A stretch of DNA of 64,000 nucleotides from positions 1 through 64,000 of the forward strand of contig CAWKBC010000029.1 of the NCBI GenBank assembly GCA_963847705.1. The letters are read 5' to 3'. The stretch is from an uncultured Pseudomonadota bacterium (GTDB lineage Bacteria; Myxococcota_A; Polyangia; Fen-1088). The position numbers and the translations under genes are program-made. Below, piece by piece: positions 48,313-56,892 of the stretch (position 1 is its first letter; the number at the start of each line of letters is the position of its first letter). The notes beneath the pieces were generated by a model, which had not been told where the DNA came from, did not search any database, and saw nothing but the letters and a program-made list of their open reading frames with translations.

Positions 48313-49836
48313 GTGGGCGAGACGGCTGGTAGCGACCTCGAGCCGGGCGCGAAGATCGGCGAGTACGTCGTCGATCGCAAGCTCGCCGAAGGCGGGATGG
48401 GATCGGTCTACGCCGGTCACCACCCCGTCATCGGCAAGCGCGTGGCGGTCAAGGTCCTCTCCGCGCAGTGCGCGCACATCCCCGACCTGGTCCGCCGGTT
48501 CGTCGAGGAGGCGCGCGCCGTCAACAAGATCGGCCACCCCAACATCATCGACATCTTCTCGTTCGGGACCCTGGCCGACGCCCGGCCGTTCTTCGTCATG
48601 GAGTTCCTCGAGGGGGCGAACCTGGCCGAGCGGCTGGAGAAGGGGGACCTGACCGCGAGCGAGACGCGGCGCCTCCTGCGGCAGATCTGCGGCGCGCTCG
48701 AGGCCGCGCACCGGGCGGGGATCGTCCACCGCGATCTGAAGCCGGAGAACATCTGGGTCGCCGCCCCGGCCCACGAGGACTCCTTCGCCAAGGTGCTCGA
48801 CTTCGGGATCGCCAAGCTGCTGGACAACCCCGCGGGGAAGAGCACGCAGACGGGCGCGGCGATGGGGACGCCCCGCTACATGGCGCCCGAACAGTGCATG
48901 GGGCGCCCTGTCGACCACCGCGCCGACATCTATTCCCTCGGCGTGATCCTCTACGAGATCTTCGCGGGGATCGTCCCCTTTCGCGGCGAGTCCTTCGGCG
49001 AGCTCATCTACCAGCACATGTCCGAACCGCCCGAGCCCCCCTCGCGCCACCGCCCGATGGACCCGGAGCTGGAGCGGATCATCCTCGCCTGCCTGGAGAA
49101 GGATCCGGCCAAGCGGCCGGAGTCGGCCAAGGAGCTGGGGAGGCTGCTCGATCTCGTGGTGCACGAGGGGACCGAGCCGGTCACCCAGCTCCGGACCGCC
49201 GTTCTGACGCCCCGCCCCTCGGCCGCGGTCGGCACCACGATGGGACAGTCGATCGGCGAGGTGGTGGTCGCCCCGGCACGGGCAGGGAAACGCGGGACCG
49301 CGCTGGCGGCGGCGGGCGCGGCGGCGCTGGTCGTCGTGGTGGGCGGATTTCTGCTGATGAGAAACAGCGCGACGACCCGCGCACCCGTCGCCTCGCCGGC
49401 ACCCGCGCCGCCCGTCGCCGCGGCGCCCACCCCGGCGCCAGCGCCGACGACCGCGCACCTGCAGCTGCAGATCGAGGGGGGCCCGGCCGATCGGGTCAGC
49501 CTCGACGGGCACGAGATCGCGCGGGCCGTCAGCGTCGTCGACTTCGGCGAGGTCGCGGCGGGCGCGCATCTGGTGACGATCGACGCGGCCGGGCGCGAAA
49601 CCCAAAACAGCCCGGTGACGATCATCGCCGGTGCGCCCGCCACCTTGTCGGTCTCTCTGCCGCCCGTGGCGGAGGCGTCGCACCCCGGGGGACATCGACA
49701 AGCTGGGCACGCTTCGGGGCTGGTGCGGGCGTCCGATACGGAAGCTGCCGGCGCGCCGGCGCACGCCCCCACCATCAAACATTCTCGCGCCGAGGAGCAC
49801 GGACTCATGGACGAAAACCCCTTCCGCAAAAACTGA
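48313..49836 (+). CDS. Membrane Ser/Thr protein kinase with PEGA-like extracellular domain
   Basis: EGGMGSVY, VAVK, HRDLKPEN, DFG, GTPRYMAPE; TM helix; C-terminus ends ENPFRKN. Confidence 0.92.
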   Translation: MGETAGSDLEPGAKIGEYVVDRKLAEGGMGSVYAGHHPVIGKRVAVKVLSAQCAHIPDLVRRFVEEARAVNKIGHPNIIDIFSFGTLADARPFFVMEFLEGANLAERLEKGDLTASETRRLLRQICGALEAAHRAGIVHRDLKPENIWVAAPAHEDSFAKVLDFGIAKLLDNPAGKSTQTGAAMGTPRYMAPEQCMGRPVDHRADIYSLGVILYEIFAGIVPFRGESFGELIYQHMSEPPEPPSRHRPMDPELERIILACLEKDPAKRPESAKELGRLLDLVVHEGTEPVTQLRTAVLTPRPSAAVGTTMGQSIGEVVVAPARAGKRGTALAAAGAAALVVVVGGFLLMRNSATTRAPVASPAPAPPVAAAPTPAPAPTTAHLQLQIEGGPADRVSLDGHEIARAVSVVDFGEVAAGAHLVTIDAAGRETQNSPVTIIAGAPATLSVSLPPVAEASHPGGHRQAGHASGLVRASDTEAAGAPAHAPTIKHSRAEEHGLMDENPFRKN

Positions 49837-51332
49837 TGCGTCATTTCTCTCTCGCTTCGCCCGTTTCACTCATCTCGATCGGACTCTGCGTGGTGCTCGT
49901 CGGGGGCCGCGCCGCCGCCCAGACACCCATGCTCTCACCCGCGGCCCGACAAGAAGCGGCGGAGCGCTTCGATCGGGGCCTGCGCCTCTTCAATCAAGGG
50001 GAGAACGCCGGCGCTCTGGTCGAGTTCAAGCGGACCTACGAGCTGACCGGCGATCCCTCGACGCTGTTCAACATCGGGCTCGTCTACGCCGAGCTGAAGC
50101 GTCCCGTCGAGGCGGTCGATGCCCTCGACATGCTGCTCAAGAGCTCCGCCAAGCTGGGGCCCGAGCAGCGGCAGAAGGCCGAAAGGGTCCGGGCCGAGCA
50201 GCGGACGTTCGTCTCCTTCGTGGAGATCAGCAGCAACGTGCAGGCCATGATCGAGGTCGACGGCGTCGAGGCTTCGCACACGCCGCTCACCGCCCCCCTG
50301 CGCCTGGCGGCCGGCCATCACGTGGTGGGCGCGGTCGCCGCCGGCTACGCCCCCTTGCGGAAGACCATCGACATCGCCGGCGGGGAGACGCAGAAGCTGA
50401 GCTTCGAGCTGGTGCCCGGCGAGGCCGCGCTCGGCCACCTGGCCCTGCACTGCGCGCTGCCGGCCGCCGCGATCTGGATCGACGGGACCGAGAGCGGGCG
50501 TACGCCGCTGGCCGCGACGCTGGCGCTCAACCCCGGCCCGCACCACATCGAGGTGCGCCGCGAAGGGTATCGGCCGGCGATCGCCGACATCAAGCTGGAT
50601 CTGGGCGCGGTGGCCGACGTGACCCTCGATCCTCAGGTCGACCCCGCCGAGATGGCGAGCAGCGGTGGAAATCTGATCGTCACCGTCAGCGAGACGGACG
50701 CGCTCCTCTCCGTCGACGGTCATCCGGCCGAGGCGCTGGCGGGCCCCATCCGGCTGCCGGTCGGTCCCCACCACCTGACGCTGACCCGCGCCGGCTTCGA
50801 GCCGTCGGAGCTCGACGTCACCATCGCGCGTGGCGCGACCTTCAACACCACCGTGAACCTGCAGGCCACGGCCGACACCCGAGATGCCTACCTGGCCCGC
50901 ATCCACGAGCGGCGGGTCTGGGGCTGGGCCACCGCGGGCGTCGGGGTCGCCGCGCTGGCCACCGGAGTGGTCCTCCTCGTCACCGGTCACAGCGCCCTCA
51001 ACAGCGCGAACGACAATCTGACGGCGGTGGATCAGGAGTTCGTGCGCGGGAGCGGGAAACCCTGCGACCAATCGCAGCAGGTCGATCAGGCGATGTGCGC
51101 GGCGCTCCTCGACAACGCGAACCAGCGCGTCTCCAACGCCAACACCCGGATCACGGTCGGCTACATCGTGGGCGGCGTCGGCGTGGCCGCCGCCGTCGTC
51201 GGCGCCGTCGTCCTTCTGACCGGCGACGATCCCGGCCGCTACGATCACAAGTCGGCGTCGTCCGGCCACCCCACCCTCCTGGGCTGGGCCACCGGAAGCA
51301 GCGGCGGTTTGATGCTGCTCGGCCAGTTCTAG
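49836..51332 (+). CDS. Exported TPR + triple PEGA domain protein
   Basis: TGATG overlap; signal peptide; AAERFDRGLRLF..ALVEFKRTYEL..LFNIG TPR; three PEGA repeats (TPL..L..GHH); C-terminal hydrophobic hairpin ending GQF. Confidence 0.85.
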   Translation: MRHFSLASPVSLISIGLCVVLVGGRAAAQTPMLSPAARQEAAERFDRGLRLFNQGENAGALVEFKRTYELTGDPSTLFNIGLVYAELKRPVEAVDALDMLLKSSAKLGPEQRQKAERVRAEQRTFVSFVEISSNVQAMIEVDGVEASHTPLTAPLRLAAGHHVVGAVAAGYAPLRKTIDIAGGETQKLSFELVPGEAALGHLALHCALPAAAIWIDGTESGRTPLAATLALNPGPHHIEVRREGYRPAIADIKLDLGAVADVTLDPQVDPAEMASSGGNLIVTVSETDALLSVDGHPAEALAGPIRLPVGPHHLTLTRAGFEPSELDVTIARGATFNTTVNLQATADTRDAYLARIHERRVWGWATAGVGVAALATGVVLLVTGHSALNSANDNLTAVDQEFVRGSGKPCDQSQQVDQAMCAALLDNANQRVSNANTRITVGYIVGGVGVAAAVVGAVVLLTGDDPGRYDHKSASSGHPTLLGWATGSSGGLMLLGQF

Positions 51333-51355
51333 CGCGCGCCCCGCAACGACCGCGG

Positions 51356-51720
51356 TTACTTTGCCGTCACGTGCACGGCGGTCCGCCGGTTCTGAGCGCG
51401 GCAAAACTCGGAGTCGTTGGCCGGACAGATCGGGTGCTCCGCCCCAAACCCTTCCTCTTCGAGCCGGGTCGGCGTCACGCCCATCCGGATGAGCGCCGTC
51501 CGGACCATCTGGGCCCGTCGGTCGAGAGCTTCTTGTTGCGGGCGGCCGGACCGGCGTCGGTGTAGGCCCGCCCCGATCTTCAACTTCACGGCCGGGTAGG
51601 CCTCGAGGATGGCGACCACATTTTCGAGTTGAGATCGCGACTTGGGAAAATCGATGTCCGCGCTCTCGGTCAGGAACACCAGGCGGTCGAAGTCGAACCA
51701 GGTCGTCTTGTCGACCCTCT
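51356..51720 (-). pseudogene. OmpA C-terminal (peptidoglycan-binding) domain fragment with compensating frameshifts
   Basis: TTWFDFDRLVF..QLENVVAILEAYPAVKLKIG, then YTD..NKKLS in a shifted frame, then RAQMV..EGFGAEHP..RAQNRR; no signal peptide or N-terminal domain. Confidence 0.6.
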
Positions 51721-51762
51721 TCCTCAAGCTGTGTCCGCATCTGCCGACACTAGAGCCTACGG

Positions 51763-52098
51763 ATGAGTCTAACGATCCGCGTACCAGGAATCCCAATTGA
51801 CCTCCTGCAGGCCGACGACCGCGCGTCACTTTCGTGGCAGGTCTCCGTCCTCGGCGACATGGTGGCGACGCTCGACACGCTGACCACGGCTGGCCAGCAG
51901 CACGTCATCGGCAAGGTCGTCGCCGTGGTCCGCGACCAGGTCCAGCGTGCGGCGCCGCTCGTCAGCCGAGGTGAGCGGGAGATCCTGGCCGGGCTCGTCG
52001 AAGAGATGGAGCAGCAGTCGGATCGCCTGTCGCCCGATCTCGCGGTGTTCACGCCGCGAGCCGAACGGTTGATCGGGCTTCTCGCGCTCGTTCGATAG
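51763..52098 (+). CDS. Hypothetical helical protein
   Basis: 111-aa ORF with coding-like codon usage. Confidence 0.5.
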   Translation: MSLTIRVPGIPIDLLQADDRASLSWQVSVLGDMVATLDTLTTAGQQHVIGKVVAVVRDQVQRAAPLVSRGEREILAGLVEEMEQQSDRLSPDLAVFTPRAERLIGLLALVR

Positions 52099-52124
52099 CC
52101 AGGCAGTGGTAGCCTTCGGGCACC

Positions 52125-52313
52125 ATGGAATCACGACTCGTGGACCTGGAGGTCCGCTACACCCATCTCGAGCGCCAGGTCGCCGAGCTGAGCGACGTCG
52201 TCTTCGAGCAGCAGCGGGCCATCGACAGCCTGCTCCGCCAGCTCAGCTCCACCAAGGCCGACCTCGCTCAGCTGAGCGAACCTCTCACGAACGAAAAGCC
52301 CCCTCACTACTGA
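52125..52313 (+). CDS. slyX: SlyX family protein
   Basis: RLVDLEVRYTHLE..ELSDVV.EQQ..ID.L..EKPPHY. Confidence 0.9.
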   Translation: MESRLVDLEVRYTHLERQVAELSDVVFEQQRAIDSLLRQLSSTKADLAQLSEPLTNEKPPHY

Positions 52314-52347
52314 CAACAGGTGCCCCTCCTGCTGCTATCGTGGGGGC

Positions 52348-53109
52348 ATGCCAGGCGACGTCGAGGTGGTCAGGGACGACCGGGTTTTACGCGTCACGCT
52401 GACCCGGCCGAGCAAGAAAAACGCCCTCACCCGGCAGATGTACCTGACGCTCTCGGCGGCGCTGGCCGCAGCGGAAGCAGACGCCGCGATCCGCGTGGTG
52501 CTGTTCTCCGGCGGGTCCGCCGCCTTCTCGGCGGGGAACGATCTGAACGACTTTCTGGGCGCAGGTCGGGATCTGACGCCCGCGACCGGGTTCATCGCCG
52601 CTCTCGCGCAGGCCACGAAGCCGATGGTTGCGGCGGTCAACGGCGTGGCGGTCGGCATCGGCGCCACGATGTTGCTTCATTGCGACCTCGTCTACGTGGG
52701 CCGGACCGCCAGCCTCTCTTTCCCCTTCTTGAATCTGGCGCTGGTTCCTGAAGCCGGGTCGACGGTGCTCCTGCCGGCGGCGATCGGCCTGCCCCGCGCG
52801 ACGAAGCTGCTGTACTTCGGCGACATGTTCTCCGGCGAGGAGGCCGCGCGCCTGGGAATGGTCACCGAGGCGGTGGATGACGAGAAGGTGCAGGCACACG
52901 CCGCCGCGCAGGCGCACCTCCTTGCCCAGCGGGCGCCGCAGGCGCTGATGCTGACCAGGGCGCTGATTCGCCGACCGTTCGCGGCCGCCGTCGCCGAAGC
53001 GAACCAGCGGGAGCTCGACGCGTTCGCGCGCCTGCTCGATTCAGTCGAGGCCCGGGAAGCTCTCACGGCGGTCAAAGAGAAACGACCGCCGGACTTTTCC
53101 AAGCTCTGA
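52348..53109 (+). CDS. Enoyl-CoA hydratase/isomerase family protein
   Basis: RPSKKNALT, FSAGNDL, AAVNGVAVGIGATMLLHCD, PEAGST, KRPPDF. Confidence 0.9.
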   Translation: MPGDVEVVRDDRVLRVTLTRPSKKNALTRQMYLTLSAALAAAEADAAIRVVLFSGGSAAFSAGNDLNDFLGAGRDLTPATGFIAALAQATKPMVAAVNGVAVGIGATMLLHCDLVYVGRTASLSFPFLNLALVPEAGSTVLLPAAIGLPRATKLLYFGDMFSGEEAARLGMVTEAVDDEKVQAHAAAQAHLLAQRAPQALMLTRALIRRPFAAAVAEANQRELDAFARLLDSVEAREALTAVKEKRPPDFSKL

Positions 53110-53111
53110 GA

Positions 53112-53134
53112 CCCGACGCGTTCAATCCGTCGGG
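53112..53134 (+). terminator. Possible terminator hairpin
   Basis: CCCGACG-9 nt-CGTCGGG just after the stop; no U-tract. Confidence 0.3.
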
Positions 53135-53298
53135 CAAGCACGCCGCAGATCGAGGTCGATCGGTCCGAAGCACATGCGCAGGCCCGTGACGTCCCAGCGC
53201 CCTCGCATCGATACGAGGCTACCAGGATTCGACGGGCGCTCGTCGTCCATGGCAGGCCATTTTTTGCCCCGGCCTCACCGCGCCGTTACGCTGTCCGC

Positions 53299-53787
53299 AT
53301 GGACAAGCGGTTCCTGATCGAGCAGCTGTCGGACAAGCTCCGCGAATCGGCGACGGTGGCGCGCAAGGCCGGGCAAGCGGCGGCAGACGAGGCGCGCGAC
53401 GGCGCGACCGCCGCCGAGAAGCGGGAGAACGCGCGCGTCGCGCAGGAATACGCCGGGCTGGCGCGGGGCCAGGCGGCGCGCGCCAGCCGGGCGCAGGCCG
53501 AGATCTCGACCTTGGAATCATTTCGGCCCGGCCCCTTGCCGAGGGGCGCGCGGATCGCGCTGGGCGCCATCGTCGAGGTGGAGGACGAAGGGAGGGGCCG
53601 CACGTTCTTCCTGGCGCCCGTCGGCGCCGGCGTCGAGCTCACCGGCCCCGGGGGCGACGGGTTCCTCTCCGTGGTCACGCCTCTTTCGCCGGTGGGCAAG
53701 GCGGTGATGGGCCGCCAGGTCGGCGAGACGGTCGAGGTCACCGTCCAGGGCGAGCCGCGGGAGTGGACCATCACCTACGCGACGTAG
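53299..53787 (+). CDS. GreA/GreB-family (atypical) elongation factor-like protein
   Basis: N-terminal coiled coil; IALGAIVEV, VVTPLSPVGKAVMGRQVGE. Confidence 0.8.
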   Translation: MDKRFLIEQLSDKLRESATVARKAGQAAADEARDGATAAEKRENARVAQEYAGLARGQAARASRAQAEISTLESFRPGPLPRGARIALGAIVEVEDEGRGRTFFLAPVGAGVELTGPGGDGFLSVVTPLSPVGKAVMGRQVGETVEVTVQGEPREWTITYAT

Positions 53788-55135
53788 TCGCCCGACCGGT
53801 CAGCGAAAGGATGGCGCCGCCGATGCGCTCTTGCCAGAAGGCGCGCTCGTCCGCGCGGTGGGTGACCATCAGCAGCGTGCTTCTTCGCTGGGTGCACAGC
53901 GACTCGACCAGCTCCAGGGCGCGCAGGCGGTTCTCGGCGTCGAGCCCGGAGGTGGGCTCGTCCATCACCACCAGCGGCGGCACCTTGATCGCCGCGCGCG
54001 CGATCAGCACCAGGCGCTGCTGGCCAAAGGAGAGCTCGCGGAAGGCGGCGCTGGGGGCGAGGCCCAGCTCCAACCAGGAGAGCCAGGCCAGCGCTCGCGC
54101 CCGGTGGCTCGGCTCCGGCTTCTGGTAGACCCCGATGCTGTCGAAGAGGCCGCTCAGCAGCACCTCCTCGACGCTGCCGCCCACCCGGTAGTCGCGATGC
54201 AGCCGCGCCGAGACCAGCCCGACGTTCTTCTTGATGTCCCAGACCGTCTCGCCGCTGCCGCGCCGCCGGCCGAACAGATGCAGGTCGTTGCTGTAAGCCT
54301 GCGGGTGATCGCCGGTGAGCATCTCCAGCAAGCTCGACTTGCCTGACCCGTTGGGGCCTTCGATCAACGTGTGCTGCCCCGCGGAGACGGTGAAATCGAG
54401 CCCCTCGAAGACGACCTGCTCGCCGTAACGGACCTGGCCGCCACGCAGCTCCACCAGCGGCAGGCTGGGATCGAGCGGCTCGTACCAGCTGCCCAGCTCC
54501 ACCGGCGGTGGCCTTCGCCGGTGCGACTGGTCGGGGCCGCGCGCGACGAAGGCCTGCGGCGTCCCGCGGAAGACCAGCCGGCGCTCGGCGATGACCACCA
54601 CCTCCCGCAGCGCCTCCGGCGCGAACGGCAGCTCGCCGGCGCCGAACGTCCCCACCACCAGCACGGGCAGGCGCTCGGCCACCTGAACGATGGCCCGGGC
54701 CAGCTCGGCGCAGGCGGCGCGATCGAGGCCGTCGAACGGGTCGTCGAGGATCAGCAGCGACGGGGCGCGGAGCACCGCCTGCAGCAGCAGGACCTTGCGC
54801 GCCTCGCCGGTGGAGAGCAGCCGATAGCCGCGCTCCCACAGCGACTCCAGCCGAAACGCCGCAAAGAGCGGATGGCTTCGGCCCGGCTCACCCAGCAGCT
54901 GGCGCACGCTGCTGCTGGTGTCGACGCCCTGATTGAAGTTGCTCTCGTCCGCCGCCAGCTGCGCTTCGTAGAACGCCTGCTGCGATTCGGCCGAGAGCAG
55001 CTGCGCCCCCGCCACGCGCGCCCCCAGAGCGCGCGCGGCGGTCGATTTACCCGATCCGTTGGGGCCGGTGACCAGGGTCAGCCCCGGCCCGCTGAAGGTG
55101 AGGTCGGAGAGGGGGTCTCGGTCGCGCTCAGCCAC
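53771..55135 (-). CDS. modF: ModF-like double-ABC ATPase
   Basis: GPNGSGKS twice; [52 protein letters not shown]. Confidence 0.85.
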   Translation of the reverse strand: MAERDRDPLSDLTFSGPGLTLVTGPNGSGKSTAARALGARVAGAQLLSAESQQAFYEAQLAADESNFNQGVDTSSSVRQLLGEPGRSHPLFAAFRLESLWERGYRLLSTGEARKVLLLQAVLRAPSLLILDDPFDGLDRAACAELARAIVQVAERLPVLVVGTFGAGELPFAPEALREVVVIAERRLVFRGTPQAFVARGPDQSHRRRPPPVELGSWYEPLDPSLPLVELRGGQVRYGEQVVFEGLDFTVSAGQHTLIEGPNGSGKSSLLEMLTGDHPQAYSNDLHLFGRRRGSGETVWDIKKNVGLVSARLHRDYRVGGSVEEVLLSGLFDSIGVYQKPEPSHRARALAWLSWLELGLAPSAAFRELSFGQQRLVLIARAAIKVPPLVVMDEPTSGLDAENRLRALELVESLCTQRRSTLLMVTHRADERAFWQERIGGAILSLTGRATTSRR

Positions 55136-56613
55136 CGACGGAGATCTGCTTCATCGCCGTCATGTGGCCGCGCAGCGTGGCGCCGACCTTCTCGACCGGG
55201 TGGCTCTCGATGGCCTGGTTCACGGCGAGCAAGCGCCGGTTGTCCACCTGCTGGCTGCCGGGCGCGAAGGCCTTGCCGATCACCTCGGTCGACTGCTGGC
55301 TCATGAACGCCTTCAAGAGCGGCACGGCGGCGTGGCTGAACAGGTAGCAGCCGTACTCGGCGGTGTCGCTGATGACCTTGTTCATCTCGTACAGCTTCTT
55401 GCGCGAGATCAGGTTGGCGATGAGCGGCACCTCGTGCAGCGACTCGTAGTAGGCGCGACTCGGGCTTCATGCCCACCTCCACCATGCACTCGAACGCCAG
55501 CTCGACGCCGGCCTTGACCATGGCCACCATCAGCACCGCGTGATCGAAGTACTCCTGCTCGCTGATCTTCATCGCCCCGGCGGGGGTCTGTTCGAAGGCG
55601 GTGTCGCTGGTGGCGGCGCGCCAGCCGAGCAGGTTCACGTCCCCTGCGTCCCAGTCCTTCATCATCGTCGTGCTGAACACGCCGGTGATGATGTCGTCCT
55701 GGTGCTTCTTGTAGAGCGTGCGCATGAGGCCCCGCAGCTCCTCGGCCAGCTCGAAGGCCTTGACCTTCGCCGGGTTGCTCAGCCAATCCATCATCAAGGA
55801 GAGGCCGCCCTGCTTGAGCGCCTCGGTGATGGTCTCCCAGCCGAACTGAACCAGCTTGCTGGCGTAGCCGCGATCGATCCCCTGGGCCACCATCCGGTCG
55901 AAGCAGAGGATCGATCCGGTCTGCAGCATGCCGCAGAGGATGGTCTGCTCGCCCATGAGGTCGCTCTTCACCTCGGCGATGAAGCTCGACTCCAGCACAC
56001 CGGCGCGATCGCCGCCGGTCGCCGCCGCGTAGGCCTTGGCGATCTCCAGGCCGTCGCCGTTGGGATCGTTCTCCTGGTGCACCGCGATTAGGGTCGGCAC
56101 GCCGAAGCCCCGCTTGTACTCCTCGCGCACCTCGGTCCCCGGGCACTTGGGGGCCACCATGACGACCGTCAGGTCCTTGCGGATCTGCTGCCCCTCTTCG
56201 ACGATGTTGAAGCCGTGGCTGTAGGCCAGGCAGGCGCCCTTCTTCATCAGCGGCATCACCTTCTGCACCACGTCGGCGTGCTGCTTGTCGGGCGCCAGGT
56301 TGCAGACCAGGTCGGCGGTGGGGATGAGCTCTTCATAGGTGCCGACCTTGAAGCCGTTGCTGGTGGCGTTGGTGAAGCTCACCCGCTTCTGCGCGATGGC
56401 GTCGGCGCGCAACGCGTAGCTGATGTCGAGGCCCGAGTCGCGCATGTTGAGGCCCTGGTTCAGCCCCTGCGCGCCGCAGCCGACGATGACCACCTTCTTG
56501 CCCCGCAGCTTCTCGACCCCGTTGAACTCGCTGCGGTCCATGAACCGGCAGCGGCCGAGCTGGTCGAGCTTCTGCGCCATCGTGAGGGTATTGAAGTAGT
56601 TCTGTCGGGACAT
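55128..56613 (-). CDS. ilvC: Ketol-acid reductoisomerase, long (class II) form; frameshift near 55455
   Basis: [62 protein letters not shown]; removing one base restores [25 protein letters not shown]. Confidence 0.93.
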
Positions 56614-56691
56614 GGTGGGCTCCTCGGTGGTTCTGATGCCTCGGGGCATCGACTTCCCTGAGAATAGATCGCCGCGGCCGCCGCGCCAACG

Positions 56692-56740
56692 TTGCGTTTG
56701 AGCCCATTATTGCCAGTCTGTATTGCGGATAACGCAACAC
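56692..56740. promoter_or_regulatory. LysR/IlvY-like operator upstream of ilvC
   Basis: TGTATTGC-GGATAAC-GCAACACA dyad (TTGC-N7-GCAA at 56723-56737, contains T-N11-A) plus a weaker TTGC half-site 31 bp toward ilvC. Confidence 0.55.
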
Positions 56741-56892
56741 AGCCCCTCCCGCCCGTTCGCCGCGCCTTTTCGGGGCACCGCCCGACCCCGTCGCGGCCTC
56801 CGGCCCGACTTCCCGCCCCCCCACACGGAGCCCGCGTTCTTTCGTGTCGTTCCTTCGATGCCCTGGCGGCGCCGACGCGCTACCATGTTCCC

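Noticed and set aside
53135-53298. Structured RNA between the enoyl-CoA hydratase and Gre-like genes
   Set aside because: Only short GC stems that are expected by chance; no tRNA/SRP/6S hallmarks
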